DNA of 64,000 bases from Octopus vulgaris (GCA_951406725.2 OX597814.1:89218001-89282000); one strand, 5' to 3'; shown: positions 12,490 to 27,469, counted from the stretch's first letter. The notes: generated by a model from the sequence alone, not told the origin. Numbers and translations: made by a program.

Positions 12490-12942
12490 TCCAGGAAGAT
12501 GTGGGGTGAAGATGTGAGAAAGGATCTTCAGTCATTGGGCCTCGCAGAGGGGATGACAAGGGATTGAAACTTCTGGTGGTTTGCTGTACTTGAGAAGACA
12601 CATCAAGCTAAGTAAAATCGTGGCCGTCCTTGCATACAGGTATGCTCACAGCATCCCTCTTCAGCCAAGTGATCCTAATCTTATGGGCTCATGGTTGCTG
12701 GTGCCATGTAAAAAGCACCTATGCCAGTGTCACATAAAGACACCTGTGCCAGAGCTGCATAAAAGCACCCTGTACACACTATAAAGTGGTTGGTGTTAGG
12801 AAGGGCATCCAATCATAGAAACCATGCCAAAACAAACATGGAGCCCAGGTAGCTTTTCAGCTGGCCAGCTCCTGTCAAACCATCCAACTCATGCCAGCAT
12901 GGAAAATGGGCATTAAATTATTATTATGATGATGATGATGAT
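12490..12942 (+). mobile_element. RTE-like LINE 3' end with (GAT)n tail
   Basis: ORF end RKMWGEDVRKDLQSLGL...AVLEKT, then a conserved 3' UTR (aaaagcacc...ggaagggcatcc...catgccagcatgg) and (TGA)n. The same UTR recurs at about 21500-21660, 26198-26452, 55695-55915 and 61075-61300. Confidence 0.7.
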
Positions 12943-13763
12943 AACTAGCATAACCCATGGAAATTCCACAATGTAAGCCAGCATATTTGAATACTTATTT
13001 TCTCTTTTGCCAACAATGTATGTATCTGTCTACTTACATAATACTGATAAGCATTTAAACCTAATAACAAAAAAAGAATAATAATAATTAGTGCCACAGC
13101 ATGGCCACAGTAAAGTTTACCTTAGTAAGATTCAAAATCAAGTCATAGAAGGTTGCAATTACAGATCTCAAAAAGATTTGTTTGACATTCCAACATTTCT
13201 ACCAATTAGTGATATATTAAAATATTATCATGTTAGGTATAACATGTTTTATGTTATTGCAAATGTTATGAGTAGGGCCTCTAAGAGAATTTTGCAAAGC
13301 AAAACACTGCTGTTGGTTCCTGGCAAAAGTATGGGGTCACCACTCAAAATTCAAAAGTGCTGTAAGCTTTTTTTTTCTCTTCAGATTAAAGTGGGTTTCA
13401 GCAGATAGTTTCAGGCACCTCTGTGGTTTTTCAGATTCTGGACCAATGTAGCAACCAAATTACTTTCCTATGGGTCCTGGTGGCAAGTAACATTTCTCAT
13501 GTTTTTAAAATACATTATAAGTCTTAGTTAAAAAAAAAATAAAACATACCCATATTTACATGTGTATAACTCCCACTATTTTATACTTGATATTAACTGG
13601 GAAAAACTGGAGTGTATCTTATACACAAGGTAAAGCTAAAACTATGAAAGGAAATAATTTTGGACCAAAATTTAACACTAGATTAGTGGTGCAACTTTTA
13701 ACATGAGTATGACTCATCCACAAATAGATATGGTATATCTAAAATGAAGAAACTGTTACTTAC

Positions 13764-13821
13764 TTTTGGACAATCTGGTTTTTGAGAAAACTTTGACATA
13801 ACAGTATCACCGGCATGATTC
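13764..13821 (-). CDS. PNPLA8: PNPLA8 coding exon 4 (58 nt)
   Basis: tttaag|(R)NHAGDTVMSKFSQKPDCPK|gtaagt; restores the frame between exons 3 and 5 and matches the ...PTCPK segment of vertebrate PNPLA8. Confidence 0.93.
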
Positions 13822-14603
13822 CTTAAATGGATAAGCATGATTTAATATAAGAGAGTGCTTCATGAAGACATAAAATATAGAAACATTAAATTTTGGAATA
13901 AAGTTTGCCAAGCATGTTTAGACCAAACCATCAAGGAATGAAAGTGAATTGCCTTCTGCATAGTTACTTCCAGAGGACAATTGTTCACAAATAATGATCC
14001 CTTACAATTACTGTTGAAATTGTGGTATAGGTGAAATTGATGTATAGTTTGAAGTTACAATGTAGGTTGAAGTTATGATGTAAGTTGTTGTGGTGAAGGT
14101 AGAGGTTGTGGTATAAGTTGATGTGAAATATTATATATATGTGTATCTATTTAATGTTAATTGTCAGAAAAAAAAAGAGCACTTAATACCATACTAGAGA
14201 TTAATAACATTTGATTTTAGTCAAGTTAGTGTCTTGTTACTCTTATTTTCACCTGTGGGTGCACAGGATTTTCAGGTAACACACACACATATGCATATAT
14301 ACATGTTTGTCTGTCTGTCTGTCTGTCTATGTATGTATGTATGCATGGATATATTGAGTGTGTGCATGGATGCATGCATGGTGTGTTACTGTAAAATCTC
14401 CCCCAATTCAACAGCAACATGTGAGTATATAAAAAAAAAAGCAAATGTCTTGTGACTTGCAAAGAAATCATTATTTGAAAACTGTCTTATTTAAAATAGT
14501 TTCAGGTATGTAAAAGAAAGACAATTACAATACAATAAATATAATACAACTAAAAAGTTATACACTTAAAAGCTGAGTAACTCTAAAAAAAAATCAAATT
14601 CAC

Positions 14604-14870
14604 CTTAGGATATCTTCCCATACTTTTGTATCATAGAAAGCATGGCTCCACATGAGGTGTCCAGTTCCAACAAATTTGTTCCGTGTAAACATACTTTGAC
14701 TGAGATTTTTGTACAACTTACAGCATTCATCAGGTGGAATCCGATAAAGGATCATCAACCCAAGCATTAGAGCACCGGTACTAACACCACAAACATAGTC
14801 GAATAGTTTCCACAAATCTGTTTTACAAGCTTCTTGTAACTTACATAATGTTTCAAGGGCAATTACACCT
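14604..14870 (-). CDS. PNPLA8: PNPLA8 coding exon 3 (catalytic Ser)
   Basis: GVIALETL...LFDYVCGVSTGA...WSHAFYDTKVWEDILR with the GxSxG lipase motif; ttttcag| and |gtgaat; 267 nt. Confidence 0.97.
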
Positions 14871-16755
14871 CTGAAAAGAGAAAAAGACAATTAACAGTAA
14901 GTATTCTTCAATGATTTCATTTTTCTATATTAGCAATAATCCTTTCAATAATAGCCACAAGGCCTGAAATTTTGGGAAGCAGTGTAGTATATTACATTCA
15001 CCCCAGTGTTTGGCTGGTACTTATTTCAACTGTGAAAGGATGAAAGGCAAAGTTGACCTTGGTGGAATTTGAACCCAAAACGTAAAGACAGTAATAATGA
15101 TTCTGCCAGCTCACCACCTTTTGTATTAGCAATAATAGGATGGTTTTTGTGAGAATAATTATTATTAATGTTGTATATCTGACCTCTCCTCACTTATGGA
15201 CCCTGAATGTTGAGTGATGACCAAATGAGTACAATTGCAAATACAAACAACTTAAAGGGGGTCTGAAAAAAGTGTCTTGTAGTATTTGTTTCAGTCCTTT
15301 ACTTTCTCAGATCAAATCTCACCAAAGTCAATTTTGCCTTTCAATCCTTTCAAGGATCAATAAAATAAAGTACCAGTCAAATACTAGTGTCTCTATATTA
15401 ATATTACTCAACAGGACACATCGCTTGGAGATCAGGGAGTCTCTCTAGGTTGAGCCATTACTTCTCCACATCAAGAGGGCACAGCTCTGGTATGATGGGC
15501 ATGTGAGCAGAAAGCCACAAGAAAGAATCACAGGAAGAATTTTTCAAGTTAAGCTAACTGGTAGGAGACAAAAGAATAGAGGAAGAATGAGTTGGTTGAA
15601 TAATATCCATAGTCATGCCTGCTTCTATAAAAAACACTGAAGGCATCATGATTTATTTCCAGAGATTGATTCAATTACAATTAGATTATGTTAAACACAT
15701 TAACACACAACGTATTTCCGTACTCACTGAAGGCATATCCCCAATGGAAGGAACGGCTGTTTTCACAAATCACATAGTTGGTAAAGAAATTATGGCTGAT
15801 TCAAACAGTTTTGAAATTTCTGGGTTTGTATCAGTAATTACAATAAATCCCATTACTTCATTTTCTATTTTTCAAACTAGCATATCTTCAGTCTTTTACT
15901 TATTTCAATCATTAAACTGTGGCCATGCTGGGGCACAACCCCAAAGGGTTTAAGAGAACAAATTGATTCCAGTACTTTTTTTTTCTAAGCCTGGCACTTA
16001 TTCTATCAGTCTCTTTTAGCCAAACTGCTAAGTTGTGGAGATGTAAACAAACCAACACTGGCTGTCAAGAAGTGGTGGGAAACAAATAACAACAAGGACA
16101 TGAACACATACACACACACATATATGTACACACACAACAGGCTTCTTTCAGTTTCTTCATACCAAACCTACACACAAGGCTTTATTTGGGCCCGGAGCTA
16201 TAGTGAAAAAACACTTGCCCAAAGTGCCAGGCAGTGGACCTGAATCTAGAACCATGTGGTTGAGAGGCAAACATCTTACCACATGGTCACACTTGCATCT
16301 CCCCCACCACCACCATGAAACCTCAAACGTTTTTTTAAAACTTTTCACAAGATGAGACTTTTGATTTAATTCATTCAATTCCTTGAACATAGACAAACTC
16401 TCCTTCATTCCACCCACCACTTAGATGCAGAGCAATGACAAAATATCCTTGTACTTTCTCATGAAACATCTTTCATGTTTCTTATGTGAAGGCACATGGC
16501 TCAGTGGTTAGAATGTCAGGCTCACAATCATGAGGTAGTGTGCTCAAGTTGCTAACAGAGACTTTCTCTACACATCATATTGCATTGTTTCATCTTATTA
16601 TTTCCATTAGTTGCATTGCATGAACACTTTTCCTATTCATGTAACAAATAAATTATGTTCCGACACATAAGAAAAAAACAACCTGTTACAATTGCAAAAT
16701 GATAAGAAAGAACTGGGAAACTAAAGACAATAAAAATAATGAATTAAAAGCTTAC

Positions 16756-16907
16756 CTCGTTCCACCACCATCTATTGACAATATTCTGATACCTCTTCCT
16801 TTAGGAGGAGAAACATAGCCTACAAGACTCAGAGCTTCATAAGCACGTGACCTAACACTTGGTACCTCAGACTGTGACAACCGTAATAATACTTGCACAG
16901 CACCAGC
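16756..16907 (-). CDS. PNPLA8: PNPLA8 coding exon 2
   Basis: tttatag|AGAVQVLLRLSQSEVPSVRSRAYEALSLVGYVSPPKGRGIRILSIDGGGTR|gtaagc; contains the patatin glycine-rich motif; 152 nt, phase fits neighbours. Absent from the ORF track. Confidence 0.97.
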
Positions 16908-18198
16908 CTATAAAACAAATATCATCATCATTATTGTTATTATCATCACTGTCATTATCGTCATGATAAATGTTATTGTTTCAATGTTTCCAAATATAAA
17001 TTTTCACTATGTTATCAAGTGCACATCTGTTTCGCAAATGTATACAGTATTGTTTTACAAGGTGTTTGGTTTACACTTCTTTAACTGTATCATGATGCTT
17101 GTTTTTTTGCTATTACTAACAATAAAACAATATTATAAAGGCTCAGTCAGACCTCCAACACAAGCACACATGATCTGCAGGTAGCTAAGTCAAACACCTG
17201 AGTTTAACTTACAGATCCAACGCTTCAAATATTCCATGTTTTCACCTGGACCTGTTTTGTTAATTGTTTCAACTTTATTTTTAATGTTGCTTTTGTTTGT
17301 TGTGATTATTGTGACAGCTTTTGCTGTGTTGAGAGGTGATTCTGTACAATATGGTGTTATATAAGATGTGTTAGAGTATCAAAAGAAGGTTACGTAACTG
17401 TCTAGGTTGTGCTACGATATTAAAAGCGTCTTTTACAGAATATATACTGTACATAATAAAGCTTTTTATTTTGTGAATAGAGGATTCTATGTAAAGATAT
17501 GAAGTCTACTAAAGCAGCTATATTAATGTTCATGTTTGTTTTTTAATATCTATACCATGATTATTAATTTTATTCTCATTCATTTTTTGACAATATTTTC
17601 AAATTATTAATATTATTAATATTATTATTATTATTCATATTGTCTTTCTTAATGTAAACCCTTTGTGATCAATAAAGAAATCATTATTATTATTATTATC
17701 ATTAAGGTGGCAAGCTGGTAGACTCATTAGCACGATGGGTAAGATCCTTAAAGGTATTTCATCTTCATTTTATTTGTATGATCTTGTGCTAATGTAAAAA
17801 ATTAGTGTGAGATTATGTTTAGTTATGTCACTTTGCTACATCTGGGCGGCAGTTGAAATGTATTAGCACCATTACAATATGGAAAGAAGGTAAGTATCAA
17901 TTTTGGAAATGGTTAAGTAAATGGTAATACCTTAGTAAGACTTCTAGAATGACAGTAGTCACTCTGCTCTGTCAAACAAGAGTGAAAGAAATATTTACAC
18001 ACACATAAAGACAATAACATCCTAAATAATAAATTCAATGAAAGTGGTAAGAGCTACAATAAAAGTAAAGTTAATGTAAATAACAAGACAATAGTAAGTA
18101 CTCTCATTAAAAGTAACAACAACAACAACAATAGTAGTAGTAGTATGGCTAATAAAAAACTGCAGTCCTTATTACAATAGAGCTAAGTGTGTGTGTGT

Positions 18199-18229
<31 letters not shown>

Positions 18230-18390
18230 TGAGAGGCTTACAATCATATTGATGTCACTTTAGCTTGTATTCTAACTGGCCATTTACACTTTAGCTTCCT
18301 GTCTAACCCAAAATCCTAACCCTTAACCTAATGCAGATTAGGTAATTTCACAGCATAGACTACAGATACACAATAGCAGACTAAAGTAGC

Positions 18391-18434
<44 letters not shown>

Positions 18435-19255
18435 CCAAAACTCTAAACTCAAGAGTAATTGGTTAATTCCCTTCACCCTGCCAGTACTTTCTTCTACCAT
18501 CTCTCACACCAGCCACCTCTTTTCCTAAGTAACTCATACCCCATGCTACCTCCCAGTCTTCCTCCTTCTCAAACCACATTTTTCATAAGTTCCATTCATT
18601 CCATGCACTTTCTCATCCACTTGTTGTTTCCACCTTTTAGCTTTGCTTTTACTCATTTCAGTCATTTGACTCCGGCCATACTGGGGCACCACCTTGAAGG
18701 GTTGTAGTCAAACAAATCAACCCCAGAATATATTTTTTTAAGCCTAATACTTATTCTATTGATCTCTTTTGCTGAACTGTCAAGTTACGTAAACACACCA
18801 ACATAGTTTTCAAGTGGGTGGTGGGGACTAACACCAAGACAGACAGATACACACACACACACATATATATAGGTGCAGGAATGGCTGTATGGTAAGAAGC
18901 TTGCTTCCCAACCACATGGTTCTGAGCTCAGCCCCACTGCATGGCACCATGAGCAAGTGTCTTCTACTATAACCTCAAGCCAACCAAAGCCTTGTGAGTG
19001 GATTTGGCAGATGGAAACTGAAAGAATCCCATTGTGTGTCTGTGTGTGTGTCTTTCTTGTTCCCCCTTATCACTGCTTGACAACTGGTGCTGGTATGTTT
19101 ATGTCCCCATAGCTTAGCAGTTCGATAAAAGAGACCAATAGAATAAGTACTAGGCTTTAAAAAATAAGTCCTGGGGTTGATTTGTTCATCTAAAAAATCT
19201 CTTCAGGGCAGTGCTCCAGTATGGCCACAGTCAAATGACTGAAACAAGTAAAAGA

Positions 19256-19294
<39 letters not shown>

Positions 19295-21786
19295 TACACA
19301 CACGATGAGCTTCTTCCAGTTACTGTCTACCAAATCCATTCATGAGGCTTGGGTTGGGGTGATGCAATAAAAGACACTTGCCCAAGATGCCACACACTGG
19401 GATTGAACCTGGAACCATGTGGTTGGGAAGCAAGCTTCTTACCACAAAGCCACACCTGCACCTATTCATTTTCTTTTTTTCTTCTTTTTTTTTCACTACC
19501 ACTGGACATTAACTATTACTACTCTGTTAACATGTCTGAGTCTGAAAGTTTTTACTTATTACTCTTTGTCATAACCAAACTTGCCTAATTTCAAAGTGGT
19601 TTGAACTGACTGACATTACCTATTTCTCCAATGTCTTTAATCTTTATTATAATGGAGCTAAATTGACTCAGGACTGACCTGAAGCTAAATAGGAACAAAA
19701 GATACAATCACACACATTCGTGTACACACACACACACACACACACAGCTACACACACACACATGCACACAGCTACACCTCCCCGTACACAGTTATATTCC
19801 CTCACACACTGCTACATCTCCACAGACACACACACACACACATGCACATACACATGCAGCTACACACATGCAGATACACAGACACTTTCTTACAGATACA
19901 AGAGACAAACACAGCTACACAATACAACCACTTGATCAGTTAGAAATAGTAACCAAATCTTAAGGAAAGGAGAATACATTGGATATTATCATCCTAGGTA
20001 TATTGTGCCTGAAAAAAGAAAAGAGAAAAAGATGTAATGACTAAGGCAGGAATGACACCTTAGATCAAATGTCTTCAGCTGCAATCAGGATTGGAATGGA
20101 TCTAAACAACACAGAGTTACACAGAAACAGAACCTAAAAGAACTTAAACATACAAACTCATATAAGTAATTTAATATTTGTAATATTTAAAGTAACTACT
20201 TTGGTTTGGGAAAATCAGTAATCAAGAAAGGTTTTGGAACCAAAGGCTCCAGAAAATCGATGTTGCACTTGTACTGAATGTACTGACAATAACAATATTA
20301 ACATCAACAATATCGAAGTCAAAGACTCTTTGGCAAGGGCAGAATATAACTGAGCACATAATATAACTAATAACAGTACAAGACAAATGTATGAAGCACA
20401 ATTTATGGTAAGCAGCAAGGAATGGTAAAAGGAATGTGCACAAAAAGTACATTTGTTATTTCAACAGTCTGTAATGAATTCCTCTTCATAACACAGTATA
20501 TGGAGAGCAGGTGTCTCAAAGCAACAGTTCAGAAAAATTCTATGCTAATTGAAACTAAGTATTCATTATCATTTTAATGTCCATTTTTCCATGTTTGCTT
20601 GAAGTTTACTGATGCAGATTTTCAACAGCTACATCCCTTCCCATCACCCACCCATAAATGTTTCTAAGCAAGTTATTATTTCCTCATGGTGAGACATATT
20701 CTTGCAAGATACTGGAAATGAATGACACTGTTTGTATGACAGTGATAATCATTTTAGAACTATCATACAAATGTCAAGACAAGGATATAGAAGCACACAC
20801 ACGTACATATATTCATATACACACACAATGGACTTCTTTCAGTTTCTGTCAACCAAATCCACTCACAAGGCTTTGGTCAGCCTGGAGCAATAATAGAAAA
20901 CACTTGCCCAAGGAGCCATGCAGTGGACTGAATCTGAAACCATGTGGTTACGAAGCAAACTTCTTGCCACACAGCCATAAATATGATGATGTTTTTAAAA
21001 AATAATATTAAATGCTAAAAACTATTATATTTTCAATGAAATATTTAAATATTACAACAAAATATAGATTCAAACAATTATTTTGTTGCATAAATACTAT
21101 GAAACAAAACCACAACAAAACTAATTCATATCTAGAGAATTTAGAAAAATTTATGCTTTATTTGTAGCAGAGATAGTTTTTAATTTTACCTTTAAAGTAC
21201 AAGCATGGTTGTGTAGTTAAGAAACTTGCTTCCAACCATGTAGTTTTAGGTTCATCTCCACTACACAGCATCTTAGACAAGTGTCTACTACTATAGCCTT
21301 AGCATGTTCAGAGCCTTGTAAGTGGATTTGGCAGACAGAAACTCAAAGAAACTTGTCATATATACGCATACATGCATGCATGGGTGTGTGTGCATGTATG
21401 TCCTTATCTTGACATCATGTGATGGTTCTAAACAAGCATCTCTGTCATGCAAGCAATATCATTCATTTCCTATTTTCCATGGAGAAAATTTGACCATGGG
21501 GAAATAATGACTTGCTCTGAAACTAGTGAGAGTTGTCAACAGGAAGAGCATCCACCTGTAGAAAATCCACCTCAACTAATTCTATCTGATCCATGCCAGC
21601 ATGGAAAAGTGGATGTTAAACAATGATAATGATCATCACCATCACCAATGATGATGATGAGTGTGTTTGTGGAAAATCTGGCAACATTCTATTTGAAAAC
21701 TATCAATCAAATAAACTCTAATAAACCAGTTTATGAGTTTCTATGATGTCACCCAAAATGCTCATGGTAACTACCAATAAATTCCG

Positions 21787-22195
21787 TTTTAGCTTTCAGA
21801 TTATTCTGTCAGTTGTAATCCATATTCATTCACATTGTCTTGAACTATATTGTAGATTGAATATTTTGATATGATTGATTATTTTTAAATATGACATTGT
21901 AGGATAAGTGTAAAGGTCTGGAACTGGTCAGTTTGAACATAAAACAGATAGACTATTTTGGCTAGATATGGCTAGTTTAACCCCTTCATACTTAAACTAG
22001 CCATAACCAGCTCAAATATTCTGATACTATGTGAAAACTGGCCAGATCTGTCCTCTTACACCAACCCTATAATGTCATTGTAAAAATAAACAACCACATC
22101 ATTAAAATCTCAAAGCTATGAGATAATGCATGATTAATTCAAAACACTGAATAAATAAGCATTAAATTTGACAGAGTAATCTAGATGCTAAAGAG
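21787..22195. mobile_element. Two copies of a second piggyBac-like MITE in inverted tandem
   Basis: 21787-21980 matches the element at 58141 in forward orientation and 21981-22195 matches it in reverse; they join at TTAA. Confidence 0.7.
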
Positions 22196-22915
22196 TTAAA
22201 TAATTTTTTTTTTTTAATTATATATCCAAAAGTAAAAGATTGGATGGTTGTAGCTAGTCAGCTGATAGTTTTAACTTGTCCATAGGTTCATGCTACACTT
22301 ACAGACACGTTTCATATCCACATATAATACTGCATTAAAAAGTTAGTCCTAAGAGTCAAATCATCAATCTCTGGGCCATTAAGTTAGCTCAAGTAAACTT
22401 ATACAATAATCACTACAAACATTGATCCATGATTATTTAATTTGCATAACAAATAATTAAAATAGATTTTGTCAGAAATTAGTTAGCAACTAATTTTTTT
22501 TTTCTAATCAATTAAAAAAAAAACTTTTAGTAAATATTTTTGGGTGAAAATTAATGTTTCTTAAACTGTCTTGATGCACCAAGTTATCAAAAAGGAAATA
22601 TAGATCCAAATGCCAGCTAATTCTCTCCTTTTATTCTTTTTCACATTCCTGTCTAATTTTACCTAAACTTATAAAAATATATTCTTTCATCAGCATTAAC
22701 ATTTTTATTTCATTTTAAGTTAAAAAAAAACACAATATTTGATGGCTAATAAGTTGCAGGAGTTTATAAAATGTATTTCAGTTTTGATAGGCCCTCTTTT
22801 GCACTACCACTTGCCAAAAACCCAACTCTGACCTTAAATTTATAAAAGATGGATAATTTTCTGATATAAGATGTGCACCTTATTGGCCATCAAAAACACA
22901 GTAATTTAAATTTAC

Positions 22916-23683
22916 CTTATTTACAATAGACCGAGACGCAGGATATATCATGAGGTGTTTGTTTAAATCATCTATCCGAGTTATTTTAGATGAAATTGAC
23001 TGAGCTAATTTCAGATTGTTGACTAAAGCACAAGACCTATTTTCAACAGCTGTCCGTGAAATAAAATCTTTCCGTATCACAGGCTTTTTTTTCACATCTG
23101 TTTTCTCTTCATCTAAATCTTTCTTCACAGTCACCCAGGATACCAATTTATTGAGGTTTGGTTCATTTTTGTTTAAAACCGCTGAAGCTGTGTTGATAGA
23201 TTTTGCAGAAACTTGACTATGAACATCTTTCTTGGACTCATAAAAAGAAGCTACACTTTCATGAGTCTCCTTCATCATCTCTTCAAAAGTAGACAAATCT
23301 TTAGTTTTCTGAATGCTTGTATATGAATTTTTGGAAGGTGGGTGCTTAGTATCCTTAGCATGTTTCAAGTTTTCCAAGTAAGCTTCAACAAATTTATAAT
23401 AATTTTTTATCATCTGATTAATGTCAGTTTCACGCAGAGTAGCTACATTACCTATATTATTCGTCCTTTTTACTAAATTTTTCAGTTGATCTTTTACAGA
23501 ATATAAAAAGTCACGTTTCTTTTTTGAGGTCACATCTTTTGTGACTGTTCTAAAATGAATTGTTGTACATTTTTGATCAGGCTCTATACGAATAGTAGAT
23601 GCAGGCCAACTTTTTGGCATGTAGAAAATAAACTGTTTTTGTTTCAGAACAATACTATTTGGAACACTTCGGATACTAGACAT
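22916..23683 (-). CDS. PNPLA8: PNPLA8 / calcium-independent phospholipase A2-gamma, first coding exon (splice acceptor at 23702, likely ATG at 23683)
   Basis: ORF ends FISRTAVENRSCALVNNLKLAQSISSKITRIDDLNKHLMIYP, resembling the pre-patatin region of vertebrate PNPLA8. Acceptor ttttcag precedes 23702; donor AAG|gtaaat follows 22916. The frame stays open to the acceptor, so an upstream start cannot be excluded. Confidence 0.88.
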
Positions 23684-25528
23684 TTTTTCTTCATTCCAAT
23701 ATCTGAAAAAAAAAGGAAAAGAGTTTCCATAAAATAAGCATTCTTTTTATGAATATCAACTTAGAAAATACAATTATTCTAAGGTAATCTTTGAATATAT
23801 AATGTATTTCTACAAAAATTAAATCTGAATGCATATAAAAGAAATACTAGAATATACATTACATATGTTATTTGTTCATCTATATGTTCATTTTATATTT
23901 TTTTTCTTTGTTAGTATGGATTAGGCAAATACATATATTGAAGTATTACACATATTACATATACATACATTATCATAAGACAATACACTTGCATGACAGC
24001 CAACAACCTTAAGTGAAGGTATATATAGCACATGCACTCCTTCAGGTACAGAGATAGAAAAATTCCACGTCATCTGAAGAATCTGTGACCATAGAAATAA
24101 TTTCCGCAGCATTAAATGGAGTATTCTTGATAGGTCCCTTCCTCATTCACCATGAACTTGCAATTGCCAACTCAGTCTCCAAGAGAAACTACACATACTT
24201 CACCAACCCACAGTATCCATTAATGGGAAGAACAAACTACCTAATTGTTGCCACGAATCCCGGCTGCTGATTGAGACTACAGTCTACCTATGCTGGTCAC
24301 ACAACCTCAGTTGTAACCCAATACCATCAAAATAGTTATTCCTACATAAAGACTACTAATTCTAAGTTCAGTGGTGCATCTAACAATAACTTCCATTAAT
24401 ACTGGGTACATTCAGTGCCATTACCGTATCTTGAATACTGTACAGATTACTACTACTACTACACACATGTACTATCGTTTACACTTCTTTAATTTATGTA
24501 CTATACTTTATACATCTTTAATTCAAATGTCAGTCAATTTTCCAACATTTTTGGTATTAGAAGAGAAATGCATAATAAAACCAAAAATTGATTTATTAAA
24601 TTGTTTTTATAAGTATAAATTTTAATCTGATAAAGTAATGAAAAAAAAACTAAAAACAATAGCCAAGGAGACAGTAAAATTACTTAAAATGTACCAATTA
24701 TCAACAAAATTTAAAAGAAGCTATTTAGTAATACAAGTTGTGAGCTAGGATACTGTGAAGAAGGTAGTAGGCGGATACATTATTAAACTAGTATACTAGC
24801 TCAAAGAGCTTGAGTTCAAATCCCCTTTAAGTATTCTGTTGCATGTCTGAGGAGTACTCTTCTTTGTGCCTTAGTCCAAAAGCTGTTTGAAATAGATGTT
24901 CATTTACCTGAGAATGTAACCATTAATACTCATGTATTTAATAGGGTTTCAAGATAAGTTGTTCCCAAACTTACTGTAGTTACAAGTTATCTATATATAT
25001 AAAAGAGAGTTTGTATGTGTGTGTGTATATGTTCCTTATGCATTAGAAACTGAGTAGGCGATTTTGACAGATGAGGTATGAAAAGATTCAGTAATCTTTC
25101 AGCTACCACATAAACTTTATTTTCATTTACATATTTTCTTTGTCATCTCAACAATCAGCTATAGTTACTTGAAATACACTGCTCTACAATGACCAGGTTT
25201 CATTAGAAAGTGAAAATGGTTTCACACTTTCAATTTGAACAAAAATTACCAAGTGTTGTATTACAAGAGTGATGATGTGTGAATGATGAAAGTAATGTTT
25301 TTCTGAATTAGTTACATCTGTACGATAATAGAGAAAGCTACTTATCATCTATCTATCTATATATATATATTTTAAGAAAGTTAGAGGTTGTGAATCCAAC
25401 TAACTAAGGGATAATATCTATCCAATATACTGCTGGTAGAATACACAAGTGTTTTTTATTGCATTGAAATTATATTACTGAGTGTATAAAATGGGTGAGA
25501 GTTATTTTACCATTAATTTATAGAGTAA

Positions 25529-26080
25529 TAAGAAAATGGAGGGGATCAATGGGTGGTTCATCAACTTTTAGACATTATATTATGTCAATTTATTTATCTA
25601 GTTACTAAAATGACTATGAATAATATAATGCATCACATAATAATTGATTCTTGTGTATACTTATACTTATACATGCAAATATGTATGTACATTTAAGTGT
25701 GTATATGTATAAGTATGTAAATGTGTGTGTATTTATAATTATAACTTAACCTTATGTACTTTCTAAAATCTCTGACGAAGCCTAGAGAAACACCCAAGTA
25801 CCTCAATTTCATCTACTAATTACTTCAGTCTACTGGAGGGATAAAGCTAGAATGAGGTATTTTTGCCTCTTGGCTGAAACAGCTGTAAGATATTTTCCCA
25901 ATTTCTATTCCTGTATGTTATATATTTTGATAATTACTGGTATCTTTATATAGTTTATATGTAAAGCATAATATGTTATACATGTATGTATATTCTTGTA
26001 ATTGTCATTTTAGTAAATAAATAAACTGACATAATGTCTAAAAGTTGATGAACCACCTATTGATTCCCTCCATTTTCTAA
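25529..26080. mobile_element. Penelope-like pLTR fragment with inverted ends
   Basis: About 25529-25614 is an inverted repeat of about 26004-26080; it encloses the hammerhead and is flanked by (TA)n/(TC)n. Confidence 0.7.
25768..25891 (+). ncRNA. Type I hammerhead ribozyme, intact core, extended helix II
   Basis: ATCT-CTGACGA-AGCC...TGGCT-GAAAC-AGCT-GTA-AGAT; helix I ATCT/AGAT; palindromic helix III ACAGCTGT; predicted cleavage after A25887. Confidence 0.85.
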
Positions 26081-26082
26081 TT

Positions 26083-26193
<111 letters not shown>

Positions 26194-27469
26194 ATCTGTG
26201 CTGGTGGCATGTGTAAAAGGATTCAAGCGAGGTTCATTGCCAGTACCGCTTGACTGGCCCCCGTGCCGGTGGTACATAAAAAGCACCCACTACACTCTCG
26301 GAATGATTGGCATTAGGAAGGGCATCCAGCTGTAGAAACTCTGCCAAATCAAGATTGGAGCCTGGTGCAACCATCTGGTTCGCCAGCCCTCTGTCAAAAT
26401 TGTCCAACCCATGCTAGCATGGAAAGTGAACGTTACACGATGATGATGATGATATATATATAAAGGCTACCAACTAAACTAAGTTTTTGTTATAACAACT
26501 CTTTTTTACTACTAAAATAACCTCAGAAACAAGGTCGGGTTACAAAATTTTGAGGTCATTTTCAAGCCCTATTTTGATTTGCTTCTAATGTTTCACTTTC
26601 GTCCAATGCTTTACACATGCATAGAATTCTACTTGGGTAAACATGAAAAATAAATATTGTATCAAAATAAGCCATAACCAAAAAAATTTCATTAAAAGAC
26701 ATCCATTTCTCTATATGTTATGAGGAAATAGTCATTCACTCTCTCTCTCACACATGCACACATACATACAAAAAAGATGTATGCATATGTATTTATGTAC
26801 ATGTATATGAAAGATAAAGTGTGTGTGTGAGAGAGAGAGAGAGTGCCAATTACACATACATGCACGAAAATACATACATAACACACTCTTTCACTCACAT
26901 CCATTTCATATACACGTACATACATCTTTCACTATGTGCTCTCACTTTCTCCTCTCTTCAAAGCATAAAGAAATAAAAATTTCCTACAGAACTTAACAAA
27001 CAATCATATAATCCCATATGATCAAGTTGACAACTTTGCTGCTTCAAACGAAATGCTATAAAATAACTTCCTTTGGCACACACACACATTCTAGGTAAAA
27101 CTTGTGTACGAATTATGTTATTTTTTTGCTGTGTATTTGCACAAAATTACAGCTCAAATCCAATTGAAATTACCTTTTTCTATTCTGTAGTTTGATTTTG
27201 TGATGAGCGTATTTAAAACCCTGACTCTTCAATATAAACTTAAAAGGAAGTTTTCCCAAAAATCCTGTCTTTTACCTGTTATTTCTAGCATGTCTGAGGT
27301 GACATTTGTGCACCCCGCTTATTTTTTTCTCTAAATTTCTTCCGATTCCTATGTTTTCGATACAGGAGATTAGGATTCTTCTTTCTCACTTTTTTCCAAA
27401 TTTCTTGGTAATCCACAGAGGAAAAACAGAGAGTACAAATATTTAAGAATTTTCTTCTTCCTTTTTTCT

